Assembly: GCA_024640365.1 (NCBI GenBank)
Contig: JAHEFE010000004.1
Coordinates: 39,959 to 103,958, forward strand
Direction: 5' to 3'
Length of the DNA stretch: 64,000 bases
From: Woeseiaceae bacterium
GTDB taxonomy: Bacteria > Pseudomonadota > Gammaproteobacteria > Steroidobacterales > Woeseiaceae
Both the position numbers and the translations under genes were made by a program. Below, in pieces: positions 28,137 through 37,624 of the stretch. The stretch's first letter is position 1; each line of letters starts with the position of its first letter. Under the pieces are notes generated by a model. It was not told the DNA's origin. It saw only the letters and a list, made by a program, of their open reading frames with translations, and made no database searches.

Positions 28137-29497
28137 TGTGCACCTCCTGTGGCGGCTGAGTTGCCGAGGCTGAAATCGGTAACAGGATTGTGCGCAGGGC
28201 TGCCCCGTTCATAGATCAAGGCGCCATCGATGAAAACGTCATCGACCAGACTGTAAACACTGAATGGGTTACCCGACCAGACTACAACGTCTGCCATCTT
28301 TCCGGGCTCGAGAGTGCCGACTACTTTCTCAATGCCAAGCGCCTTGGCAGGGTTCTTCGTTAACCATTGAATAGCACGCTCCGGCGCGATGTTAATGCCC
28401 ACCCGGGCCGCTGCACCCATAACTTTGGCCGCTTCCTGATTCAAGACCTGAATACCCGTGTCGTCGTCTGAATGAATGATGGCACAGGCGCCAGCGTTAT
28501 CGAGGAGCGCGGCGTTTTCCCGGATCCCGTCGTAGCTTTCCATTTTGAATCCCCACCAGTCCGACCAAACAGCGGCGCAGATGTCATTTTCTGCGAGCAG
28601 GTCAGCAATCTTGTAGGCCTCTACAGCGTGGTGGAATGCCGTGATCTTGTAGCCGAACTCTTTGGCGACATCGATCATGACTGACATTTCGTCGGCCCGG
28701 TAGCAATGATTGTGAACGAGTATTTTGCCGTCAAGGACGTCAGCGAGCGTTTCCAATTTCAGATCGCGTACTGTGTCCTCATCGCCTTTTGCTCGTTTTT
28801 TGCGATAGTCGTCAGCTGCAATCCAGGCTGCTCTATAACCGGCAACATTGCCCATGCGGGTTGATGGCGCCACGCCACGACTTCCGTAGACTCGCTTTGG
28901 ATTCTCACCGCAGGCCATCTTAAGTCCGTACGGTGCGCCCGGAAATTTCATGCTTTGCACGTTTCTGGCTGGAACATTTTTCAATGTGATGCTACGACCG
29001 CCGATCAAATTCGCGGAACCGGGAAGAATTTGTAGCGAGGTTATGCCGCCCGTTAACGCGGCAACAAAACCCGGGTCTTGCGGCCATACGCTATGCTCGG
29101 CCCAAACTTCGGCAGTAACGGGTGCGGTCGATTCATTGCCATCTGAATTAGCATCGATGCCTGGAGAAGGGTAGACGCCAAGATGCGAATGCACATCAAT
29201 AATGCCAGGGGTTATCCATTTGCCGGATACGTCAACGAGCACAGCATCGCTGCCATCCAGCTCCTTACCCACTCGCTCGATCTTACCGTCTCGTATCAGG
29301 ACATCAGCGTTCTCAAGAATTTCACCTGTGCCGGTCAATAACGTTGCCCCCTGGAGTAAGGTCGGTTTGGAAGGCAGCGCATGGTAACGTCCGGCGTAGG
29401 CATCTTTCGATGCTGCTATCTCGGTTTTGGTCGCGTCGCAGGCGCTCAAAAGCGCAAGCGAAAAAAACACGGCTAATGCAGCGATCAGGTTTTTCAT
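28133..29497 (-). CDS. Lipoprotein amidohydrolase (COG1228-like, HxH intact)
   Basis: Start set at MKNLIAALAVFFSLALLSAC (lipobox LLSAC). WITPGIIDVHSHLG metal motif. The ORF track's longer start at 29548 would overlap the M14 gene. Confidence 0.8.
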   Translation of the reverse strand: MKNLIAALAVFFSLALLSACDATKTEIAASKDAYAGRYHALPSKPTLLQGATLLTGTGEILENADVLIRDGKIERVGKELDGSDAVLVDVSGKWITPGIIDVHSHLGVYPSPGIDANSDGNESTAPVTAEVWAEHSVWPQDPGFVAALTGGITSLQILPGSANLIGGRSITLKNVPARNVQSMKFPGAPYGLKMACGENPKRVYGSRGVAPSTRMGNVAGYRAAWIAADDYRKKRAKGDEDTVRDLKLETLADVLDGKILVHNHCYRADEMSVMIDVAKEFGYKITAFHHAVEAYKIADLLAENDICAAVWSDWWGFKMESYDGIRENAALLDNAGACAIIHSDDDTGIQVLNQEAAKVMGAAARVGINIAPERAIQWLTKNPAKALGIEKVVGTLEPGKMADVVVWSGNPFSVYSLVDDVFIDGALIYERGSPAHNPVTDFSLGNSAATGGAQ

Positions 29498-29516
29498 AAT
29501 TTGTCCGTTCAGTGTG

Positions 29517-32288
29517 TTATTTGGCATTGCCGGGGTCCGGTAAGTCATTCCAGTTCAGGAGTGCATTATAGAAAAATGCGTGATCATGGTGGTTGATATA
29601 ACGGTGCAGAGGGTTCCATGCGAACAACACGACGTTGCCTTTGCCGACCGGTGTATGGAGTAAGGCTGGCGAACCGTCTACGCTGTCCTTACCGCTGAGA
29701 ATGGCGCCCGACAGTACCAGATCCGGGGGCGTCTCTTTATCTTTGTCATTCACATCCTCTCCATCAGGTTCCGGAACGACCTTGCTACCAAATTGCATCA
29801 TGACCAGGTTTCTGTCGTAGTCGCGAACGCCGTATAAAGGTCCATTGCCACGGAACACGTGAGTCCACTCTGAATATCCCGAGGTTAGCGGATTTTGCTG
29901 CAGAATCTTGGTCGTCAGAATGGAACCTGGTGTATTGACACCTTGACCGACCTGGTACGAAATATTTGTGGTTATGCCGGAATCAGCAGCGATGGCTCCG
30001 CCGTCAGAAAGGCCGATGAACGTGCCTCCCTGCTTGATGAACTGCTCGATGGCTTCCATGCCGACGAATCCGATACCACCGGTAATGTCCTCAGAGCTGT
30101 CTATATGTCCGTGGCTCGGTGTCTCCGGGGTATTGGTATAGGCAAGCGGTGACCACTTTTCATCGATGCCCGCAATGATATCTCCAATATTCGCATTGCC
30201 CCACAAACTGGGCATCACAATGACATCAAAATCGTCACCAAGAGATCCGGCTCGCACCCGGTCTTTGGAAATCAACTGATAGGGAATTTCCGATTTGTCG
30301 AGAGTGAAGCGCACCCAACCAGCATTTTGGGTCGCGGTCCAGCTTTGCAATATGGCAACACGAGGCAGGTCAAGTTCATGTGTGGACACCTTCGGTAACT
30401 TGTCGGTTGCCGTAGCATTGAGTTCATGACTTCGCAGTGCTTTTTTAATGAAGTCGGCATCGGCAGCCTGATTGTCTATTATGAAGCTGCCCGCGTTGAA
30501 GTCCTTTTTACCGATAGAAAAGGGACCCTCTGCCGCAAGTACCTGCGTTTTACCCAATGCGAAACGCAGCGGGCCAAGCTCATTCTGTCCCTGGTGATTC
30601 ACGACGAGGTAACGACCTTTGCCCTTGACTGTTTGCTGACTGCTGAAAATGTCGCTCGCTAATTCTTTGGTTTTTATGTCGAGCACTTTTTTATCAGCAA
30701 CCGGAATTGTCGCGACGCCGAGTTGTAGTCCCAATGTCCACGCGATGTCGTCGTAGGGCGGGAGCTCTACGTCACTCGGGAAGTTTTGCTTTTCCAGCAA
30801 GTTTTTGGCGAGAGGGCCATAGGGTTGATTGAGTAATATTACAATGTCATTTTTATTGATTCGGGAGTCATCGCCGAGGTCAAAACTCTCAATAGCTTGC
30901 TGCATTTCTATGCCGTGCTTCGTAAGCATCGCCACGAGCGTATCTGCTGCGTTCAGATCCACCTGCTCACGCGGAATGACAAATGCGTAAGGTGCTTTTG
31001 CGATCCCACGCGTGAGGCCATTGACGCTCTTTTGATAAAAATTCTCGAGGAACATTTTTGGATTGTTGGCGACCATCTCCAGTGACGCAATTGTGCCTGT
31101 TTCCATGAAATTGGTGTTGTTGCGCATGGACCAGAGAAACTTGCGTTCCGGAGGTAACGATCGATACCAGGTTTTTTCTGTAATCTTCGCGCCCGCGTAA
31201 CTTGCGTGAGTCAAATCGCGTTGCATCGTGTTAGCGCTGTGATTGCCGAATGTTTCGTAAAAACGCCCATTGGTGTTGTGGTTATTCGTTACCCAGAGCA
31301 AATAACCAGGAAACCAGCCGGTATAAAAACCCCAGGTCCAAACTCCTGGAAGCCCCTTTGCCGTCAGGCGACTCACTTCGTAGTTAGCGATGGATTGCCA
31401 TTCGGTAACGGTGATGGGGTCAACCGCTTCGTTATACGGTCCTGTCCCTGTTGAGACGTATAACAATGGCACCGACTCGTGCAGATCCAGGGAAAGGATC
31501 GGCCGCCAATCATAAAAAGCGTCGACGTAATTTTGCGTCAGATTCTGGCTGAATGTCAGTCCATCGCGGTTGTTATCGTGAAAACTGTAATGTCCCCAGA
31601 ATGGTGGGGACGCGGGCGGTGAGTCGTCATAATTAGTGACATTTTGCAGGTGACGCTTGGTCCACTCGACTTGGCGTGCACGTCCATCGACTTCCAGTAC
31701 AGGCGTAATCATGACTATGACTTCGTTGCGAATCTTCTGAAACAGTGGGCTTTCATCGACCGCCAGGCGATAGGCGAGTTCCATAACCATCTCGGGCGGG
31801 CCAAGCTCCGTTGAGTGGAGGCCGGCTGTCATCCAGTAAATAGGCTTGGCTTCTTCAATTATTCCCTTCGCTGCCAAAGCGTCCGTCTTGCGGGCATCCG
31901 CAAGTTGCCGATTGAAGTCTTTATATTCTTCAATTCTGGCCAGGGTTTCTGGATTCGCGATCACCGCGACGAGCATGTCACGGCCTTCGAAGCTTTTGCC
32001 GAGTGAGCGAATCGTTACATTGGGACTGGCCGCAGCCAGTTCACGAAAGTATCTGTGAATGTCATCCACATGGGTTAGTTGGCCGGCTGTGCCGACCGTG
32101 TATCCGAGCACGTCGCGCGGGCTGGGCACAGTCGCACTTTCCGGAAGGTTAGCGACCCAATCCGGTAGAAACCGGTCCTCAGTCGTGGCGGCCTTTATGG
32201 CGGCGGTGGCGACTTCATCAACTGGTTGCGCTGCAATTGGCTGGCCTAGTGCAAGGCATAGAAACATGGCGCACGAAATGGATCGCAT
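29517..32288 (-). CDS. Large secreted M14-family zinc carboxypeptidase-like protein
   Basis: 923 aa with signal peptide MRSISCAMFLCLALGQPIAA. GLHSTELGPPE (HxxE zinc motif) sits in an N-terminal M14-like domain, followed by a long C-terminal extension. Confidence 0.65.
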   Translation of the reverse strand: MRSISCAMFLCLALGQPIAAQPVDEVATAAIKAATTEDRFLPDWVANLPESATVPSPRDVLGYTVGTAGQLTHVDDIHRYFRELAAASPNVTIRSLGKSFEGRDMLVAVIANPETLARIEEYKDFNRQLADARKTDALAAKGIIEEAKPIYWMTAGLHSTELGPPEMVMELAYRLAVDESPLFQKIRNEVIVMITPVLEVDGRARQVEWTKRHLQNVTNYDDSPPASPPFWGHYSFHDNNRDGLTFSQNLTQNYVDAFYDWRPILSLDLHESVPLLYVSTGTGPYNEAVDPITVTEWQSIANYEVSRLTAKGLPGVWTWGFYTGWFPGYLLWVTNNHNTNGRFYETFGNHSANTMQRDLTHASYAGAKITEKTWYRSLPPERKFLWSMRNNTNFMETGTIASLEMVANNPKMFLENFYQKSVNGLTRGIAKAPYAFVIPREQVDLNAADTLVAMLTKHGIEMQQAIESFDLGDDSRINKNDIVILLNQPYGPLAKNLLEKQNFPSDVELPPYDDIAWTLGLQLGVATIPVADKKVLDIKTKELASDIFSSQQTVKGKGRYLVVNHQGQNELGPLRFALGKTQVLAAEGPFSIGKKDFNAGSFIIDNQAADADFIKKALRSHELNATATDKLPKVSTHELDLPRVAILQSWTATQNAGWVRFTLDKSEIPYQLISKDRVRAGSLGDDFDVIVMPSLWGNANIGDIIAGIDEKWSPLAYTNTPETPSHGHIDSSEDITGGIGFVGMEAIEQFIKQGGTFIGLSDGGAIAADSGITTNISYQVGQGVNTPGSILTTKILQQNPLTSGYSEWTHVFRGNGPLYGVRDYDRNLVMMQFGSKVVPEPDGEDVNDKDKETPPDLVLSGAILSGKDSVDGSPALLHTPVGKGNVVLFAWNPLHRYINHHDHAFFYNALLNWNDLPDPGNAK

Positions 32289-32412
32289 GGCTTCACCCTA
32301 TTCAATTGTTATGGCGGTATTGATTCCGCAGCATAACAAAATAGGGCATGGCTCAAAGCGTCAATTCATTGAGTGAAACGGCCAGCTGTGGAGCAAACCC
32401 GGTCCTTTTTGA

Positions 32413-33711
32413 TTATCCGCCGCTACTTTCCTTTTGCGCGACCAAGGCCTGCATTTCCTGAGTACGAAATAATGCAATGATGGCGAAGAGAATCAGGAAG
32501 AGTGTGCCCATCATCATGTAATTCTGCGACCAATTGGTGTGCTCGGCAATCGTGCCATACAACTTGGATCCCATTGAGGCTCCAAGGTTGGCAGTTGACA
32601 TGTAGATAGCAAATTGAGTGGCCGAAATTCCCTTGGAGCAAATGCTCATCGCGATCGCGATCGCACAAACCATTGTGACCGGTCCCATTAGTACGTGCAT
32701 GGACAACATGGCTAGTACGTAATTACTGTTGGTCCACAGTTGCTCTGTGTTTGCCAGCAGGAATGCATGGGCGCTCACGAGTGCTATGGTGGTCATCATC
32801 ATTCGTTTGGCGCCAATACGATCGATTACGGGGCCGAGGGCCAAAGCAGTACCAGCACCGATTAGGCCCATTACAGCCACAAGCTGTGACCACTGTTCAG
32901 TGGTAAATCCAAATAAATTGACCGCCGCTATTGGCATGAGTGCGCCACCGTAGCCCGCAACCATGCCGTCCACGAACATGATGGCGAATATGACGAGGCT
33001 GAATCCGGTCCACAAAACCTTGTTAAGTCGGTTGAAAACCCGTTTGAACGATGGGGGTTCTTCGTGAATTGTCCCAGCTTCCCCGGGACTCCATGGAAAA
33101 ACGCGCTCACCCTCGCGCTCACGGATAAAAAGGAAGCCAATGAATACCAAGCCGGCAACACTTGCAGCAGCAATCGCTGTTGTGGTGATGCCGTAATTAA
33201 CCAGTAAGATCCCGGATGCCGCCGACGTTAACGCCCAGCCAATTGCTTTGCCACATGCCATGAAGGCGTTGATGCGGCCGTGTTCACTTGCGGGAACCAG
33301 ATCAATCGCCATGCCGTCTACCGCGACATCCTGGGTGGCGGCAAAAGAGTTAATAATTACGCCAAGCAACATCAGCAAGCCGATCTCGCCGAGGGGATCC
33401 TTGATCAGGCTGAGACTCAGGAGGCTCAACGCCAGCCCGAGCTGCGCACCCAGAACCCAGGGGCGTCGATTGCCCATAGGTTGAAAATTGAAACGATCCA
33501 TCAAGGGACCAGTGAGCAACTTGAATGCCCACGGTAAAATGATGACAGCCAGATAAGAGCCAATTTGGGCCGCTGTCGCCCCCTGGCTGGCGAGCCAGGC
33601 CGGCATTGCGATGCTGAGCAGGCCCTGGGGAATACCCTGGGCAAAGTAAAGTGTGGCTGAAGTTGCGTAACGTAACTTGGAACTATTGGCCAAAAATGCA
33701 CCGTGTGCCAT
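32413..33711 (-). CDS. MFS transporter (AmpG/PAT-like)
   Basis: 432 aa, 12 predicted TM segments. YFAQGIPQGL and MDRF...RRPW motifs resemble AmpG-type permeases. Confidence 0.7.
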   Translation of the reverse strand: MAHGAFLANSSKLRYATSATLYFAQGIPQGLLSIAMPAWLASQGATAAQIGSYLAVIILPWAFKLLTGPLMDRFNFQPMGNRRPWVLGAQLGLALSLLSLSLIKDPLGEIGLLMLLGVIINSFAATQDVAVDGMAIDLVPASEHGRINAFMACGKAIGWALTSAASGILLVNYGITTTAIAAASVAGLVFIGFLFIREREGERVFPWSPGEAGTIHEEPPSFKRVFNRLNKVLWTGFSLVIFAIMFVDGMVAGYGGALMPIAAVNLFGFTTEQWSQLVAVMGLIGAGTALALGPVIDRIGAKRMMMTTIALVSAHAFLLANTEQLWTNSNYVLAMLSMHVLMGPVTMVCAIAIAMSICSKGISATQFAIYMSTANLGASMGSKLYGTIAEHTNWSQNYMMMGTLFLILFAIIALFRTQEMQALVAQKESSGG

Positions 33712-33903
33712 CGCCTGATCTCCCCCGTGTCAGTGGTAGCATGCTTTTTTACGGACTAAAAAGAACTATAAATCCGCTAGTTAGCACTTATTCTTAATGT
33801 AATTATTATTCTATGGTCTATCGTCATCTGTGCTGTGCCGGGAAAATATGCCAGCAATAGAGCAACCCGTAAACTGTTTTATTTCTACAAGCCGAGTAAC
33901 GGT

Positions 33904-35610
33904 CTATTCAGCTTGATAGATTTTTTTACCATCCATCAACGTAAGCAACACCTTGGTCTCGTTAATTTTCGTCGCCGGGATTTCGAAAAGGTTGTTATTC
34001 AAGACGATGAGATCGGCGCGTTTTCCAACCTCTACTGTGCCGGTCTTGTCCTCAAGGTGCATCAAATAAGCGCCGTTACGCGTATAGGCGTCGAGAATAG
34101 TTGCAAGGTCAACTCTCTCTGATGGCGCATGTATGGGCCCGTCATCAGTTGCTGGATCCTGGCGTCGCACAGCGACTTCTATGGCATCAAGAGGATTCAT
34201 AGAGCTTACCGGCCAGTCGCTGCCTCCGACCAGCAGTGCGCCGGTGTCAACAACGCTTTTGATCCGGTAGAAGTTGTCCACCCGTTGCTGCCCAATCATG
34301 GGTACTGCCAGGTACACGTATTCATCGGGGTATGCCCAAAGAGCCTGGAAGTTCGCCGCTACGTTAAGCTCGGTGAAACGCGGAATATCGGTTTCGTCGA
34401 TCAGTTGCAGATGGACGATTTGATGCCGATTATCATTTGGCCCATTTTGCTCAAGGGCAAATTGGTAGGCATTGAGTGCGGTACGAATAGCGCCATCACC
34501 AATGGCGTGGGTGTGAATCTGAAGACCCAGCTTGTCGAGTTTTTGATAGAGGTGATTGGCTGTCTCCTGATCATAGAATGTGTTGAAGTTGCTCTGGTCA
34601 TCGTCGTAGGGCTCGATCATGTTCGAGGTTCGGGTCTCGATTACGCCGTCCATGAAAACTTTGACGGAGTTCGCGCTCAGGTATTTGCCTTTGAATGCAT
34701 CCCGTTTGGCTACGAGGTCGTAAATTTCCGATCCGAAGGCCGCAATTTTGAGTCCAATCGGCGACAAGGAGATCAGGACACGACTGGTCAAAGTGCCATT
34801 CTTGTCCGCTTCAAGGTAAGGCTGTAGCGAGGCCTCTTTCATGCCCGGCTCGATATAGGCGGTGATGCCGAAACGTGCCGCCTCAGCGAGACCTGAAGCG
34901 AGGTTTGCTGCCGCTTGCTCCGCAGTCGGTTGCGGTACTATATCGGCTACCAGGGCCATAGCGGCTTCACGTAACGTGCCGGTTGGTTCGCCGGTTTCTG
35001 GATCTTTTACAATGACCCCGCCCTCGGGGTTGGGCGTTGTGGCATCGATGCCTGCGAGCTCTAGTGCTTTGGAACTCACCCACGAGTTGTGGTGGAAAGA
35101 ATCCACAAAGACAGCTGGCCTTCCAGAAAATACCTCATCGAGAATATCCTTGGTAGGGCCACTCGGGCCGAAGGCACTCAGTTGCCATTGCGAGCCAATA
35201 ACCCATGCGTCGGCCCCGTAATTGCGTGTATCGCGGCAGGCGATCAATATCGCCCGGATTTTTTCGCTGTCGTTACTGTCTTCCAGGTTGCAAATATTCA
35301 GAGTCTGACCACCATCCAGAACGTGTGCGTGGCCATCATGAAATCCTGGCATGAGCATTTTTCCGGTCAGGTCGGTGACCGCTGTTGAGGCGCCAATATA
35401 AGCCTGGGCATCTTCATCTGACCCGACGAACACGATAGCCCCGTCAGTAACTGCAACCGCTTCAGCCCAATGATGCTCCTGGTCCGCCACGTACACGCCA
35501 CCGTGAAGAAATACCTGGTCAGCCGCAGGCTCGGAAGTTGTCTGCTGGCAGCCGCTGAGGCCCGCCAGCATCACAATAGTGGTCAGTGTGCTGAACAGAT
35601 TCCTGTGCAC
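33904..35610 (-). CDS. Lipoprotein amidohydrolase (Amidohydro_3 / YtcJ-like), paralog A
   Basis: 568 aa with lipobox LAGLSGC. MPGFHDGHAHVLDGG (HxH), HTHAIGD and GSDWPVS motifs. Confidence 0.8.
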   Translation of the reverse strand: MHRNLFSTLTTIVMLAGLSGCQQTTSEPAADQVFLHGGVYVADQEHHWAEAVAVTDGAIVFVGSDEDAQAYIGASTAVTDLTGKMLMPGFHDGHAHVLDGGQTLNICNLEDSNDSEKIRAILIACRDTRNYGADAWVIGSQWQLSAFGPSGPTKDILDEVFSGRPAVFVDSFHHNSWVSSKALELAGIDATTPNPEGGVIVKDPETGEPTGTLREAAMALVADIVPQPTAEQAAANLASGLAEAARFGITAYIEPGMKEASLQPYLEADKNGTLTSRVLISLSPIGLKIAAFGSEIYDLVAKRDAFKGKYLSANSVKVFMDGVIETRTSNMIEPYDDDQSNFNTFYDQETANHLYQKLDKLGLQIHTHAIGDGAIRTALNAYQFALEQNGPNDNRHQIVHLQLIDETDIPRFTELNVAANFQALWAYPDEYVYLAVPMIGQQRVDNFYRIKSVVDTGALLVGGSDWPVSSMNPLDAIEVAVRRQDPATDDGPIHAPSERVDLATILDAYTRNGAYLMHLEDKTGTVEVGKRADLIVLNNNLFEIPATKINETKVLLTLMDGKKIYQAE

Positions 35611-35643
35611 TTGGTTCTCCTGTTGGCGTTAATCAGAGGTTTC

Positions 35644-37377
35644 CTAGTTAGGCGTCTCTTGCAGGTTCTCAATTGAGCCGTGCACTGACTTACCTTTTAG
35701 CATCGTCAGCAGCGATTTGGTTTCGGAAATTGCAGAAGCGTCGATAGCAAAAAGGTTTCTGTCCAGCACAACCAGATCCGCAAGCTTGCCGGCTTCGAGT
35801 GATCCTGTCGTTTTTTCCAGGTTGTTGGTATAGGCCGCGTTGATAGTGAAGGCAGCAATGGCTTCTGGCAGGTCGATCCGCTCTTCTGGCAAGAATGCTG
35901 TGCTCGACTCTCCATTGGGACCAATACGGCGCACGGCGGTCTCTATCTGTTGCCACGGATTCGCCGTTGACACCGACCAGTCACTGCCGAAGGCAATCAT
36001 ACCGCCCGCTTTGTGGACGCTGTCTATTGGATACATATAGCGTGCTGTTTCTGCTGAAATGAACGGCAAGGTCAGGTCGGTAATGTAAGCGTCAGCAAAT
36101 GCCCAAAGCGGTTGAAAGTTGGCGATGACGTCCAGGGTTCTGAAGCGGGGTATGTCACTGGGGTTGATAACCTGCAAATGCGAAATGTGATGACGGTGAC
36201 CGAGATTGCCGTTGTGGTTTCGGGCCGCTTCCACGGCGTTCAAGCATTGTCGTATGGCTCCATCGCCAATCGCATGAAAATGTACCTGGAAGTTTTCTTT
36301 ATCAAGAGCGGTTACTACTTCTTTTAGCAATTCGGGTTCGACCATCGGAATACCGGTCGGATTGCCTTCAACATGATAGGGCTCAAGCATGACTGCCGTG
36401 TAATTCTCCATGACTCCGTCCTGCATGATTTTTACCGTCGTTGCACTGACCGATCCCTTGGTAAATTCAGCGCGGCGCTTCTTGAGTTGCTCTATTTGCT
36501 CCAGGCCCTGTGCTCGATCCCACCACAGTGCCGTGACAACATGAAGGCTCAATTCTCCGGCGTCATCAAGAGCTCTGTACGCCAAGTCATCTTCGGGGCT
36601 GGACGAGGCCACCTGGATACCTGTGATGCCGTAATCGTTGAGCATACGGACGGCATACCGTAGTCCGTCCATCCTTTTTTCCAGGGTGTATTCCGGAATA
36701 TGCTGGGATACGAGATATCCGGCGCCTTCCTGGAGACTGCCGATGGGCTCGCCAGTTATCGGATCCTTATCGATGATACCGTCAACGGGATTCGGCGTTT
36801 CTTTGTTGATTCCCGCGATTTCAAGTGCCTTGCTATTCGCCCAGCCGGTGTGGCCATCCGATGACCGCAGGTAAACCGGCCTATCCGGCACTATTTCGTC
36901 GAGTACTGTTTTGCTCGCTTTGCCACCGGGTCCGAATACTGACATCAGCCAGCCGCCACCGAGTACCCACGGGTCACCGGGATGCTCGACCGAATAGTCC
37001 CGTACCTTCGTCTGGTAGGCTTCGAGAGTGGTTACATCCCCCAACTCAACCGCGGTGGCCCGGATACCCCCACTGATCGGGTGGATGTGCACGTCCTGCA
37101 ATCCCGGTAGTACCATCTTCCCCTGGAGATCGACGACCGTTGTCGCGGGGCCAACGAATTTGCCAACGTTTTCGTCCGAACCGACAAAGATTAACTTGTC
37201 ATCTTTTATGGCGATGGCCCTGGCCCATGTTCGATTAATATCAACGGTGTAAATAGCCCCGTTGCGAAGCACCAGGTCGGCAGGTTCGCTGGTGCCGGAT
37301 TTTTCCGGGGAAGGTGTGCAGGCAGATAGCGCTAGCACTATCACGGCCAAGGCAAAACGTACTGACAAAAGGCGCAT
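35644..37377 (-). CDS. Lipoprotein amidohydrolase (Amidohydro_3 / YtcJ-like), paralog B
   Basis: 577 aa with lipobox LALSAC. LPGLQDVHIHPISGG, HFHAIGD and GSDWSVS motifs. Colinear with paralog A. Confidence 0.8.
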   Translation of the reverse strand: MRLLSVRFALAVIVLALSACTPSPEKSGTSEPADLVLRNGAIYTVDINRTWARAIAIKDDKLIFVGSDENVGKFVGPATTVVDLQGKMVLPGLQDVHIHPISGGIRATAVELGDVTTLEAYQTKVRDYSVEHPGDPWVLGGGWLMSVFGPGGKASKTVLDEIVPDRPVYLRSSDGHTGWANSKALEIAGINKETPNPVDGIIDKDPITGEPIGSLQEGAGYLVSQHIPEYTLEKRMDGLRYAVRMLNDYGITGIQVASSSPEDDLAYRALDDAGELSLHVVTALWWDRAQGLEQIEQLKKRRAEFTKGSVSATTVKIMQDGVMENYTAVMLEPYHVEGNPTGIPMVEPELLKEVVTALDKENFQVHFHAIGDGAIRQCLNAVEAARNHNGNLGHRHHISHLQVINPSDIPRFRTLDVIANFQPLWAFADAYITDLTLPFISAETARYMYPIDSVHKAGGMIAFGSDWSVSTANPWQQIETAVRRIGPNGESSTAFLPEERIDLPEAIAAFTINAAYTNNLEKTTGSLEAGKLADLVVLDRNLFAIDASAISETKSLLTMLKGKSVHGSIENLQETPN

Positions 37378-37624
37378 AATTTAGACGATTCCAGGTTGGT
37401 TGAAGGGATAAAGCTCGTAACCATATTGCGTGTTTCCGGGGCATGAGTGAATAAAATGAATCACAATGTGAACCGACATTGGTTCAGCACCATTTCCAGC
37501 GCTAAAACTGACATTGCAATTAGCGATTTTCCTTCTTATTGAGCAAGTCGCTTAAGTGAGGCCAACCCGTTGTACACTCGACACTGGCATTCTGCCGTTC
37601 AGTGACCTGGTGGGAGAAATAATA

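Noticed and set aside
34129-34827. 232-aa plus-strand ORF
   Set aside because: It is entirely antisense to the YtcJ-like amidohydrolase (paralog A), which has clear catalytic motifs.
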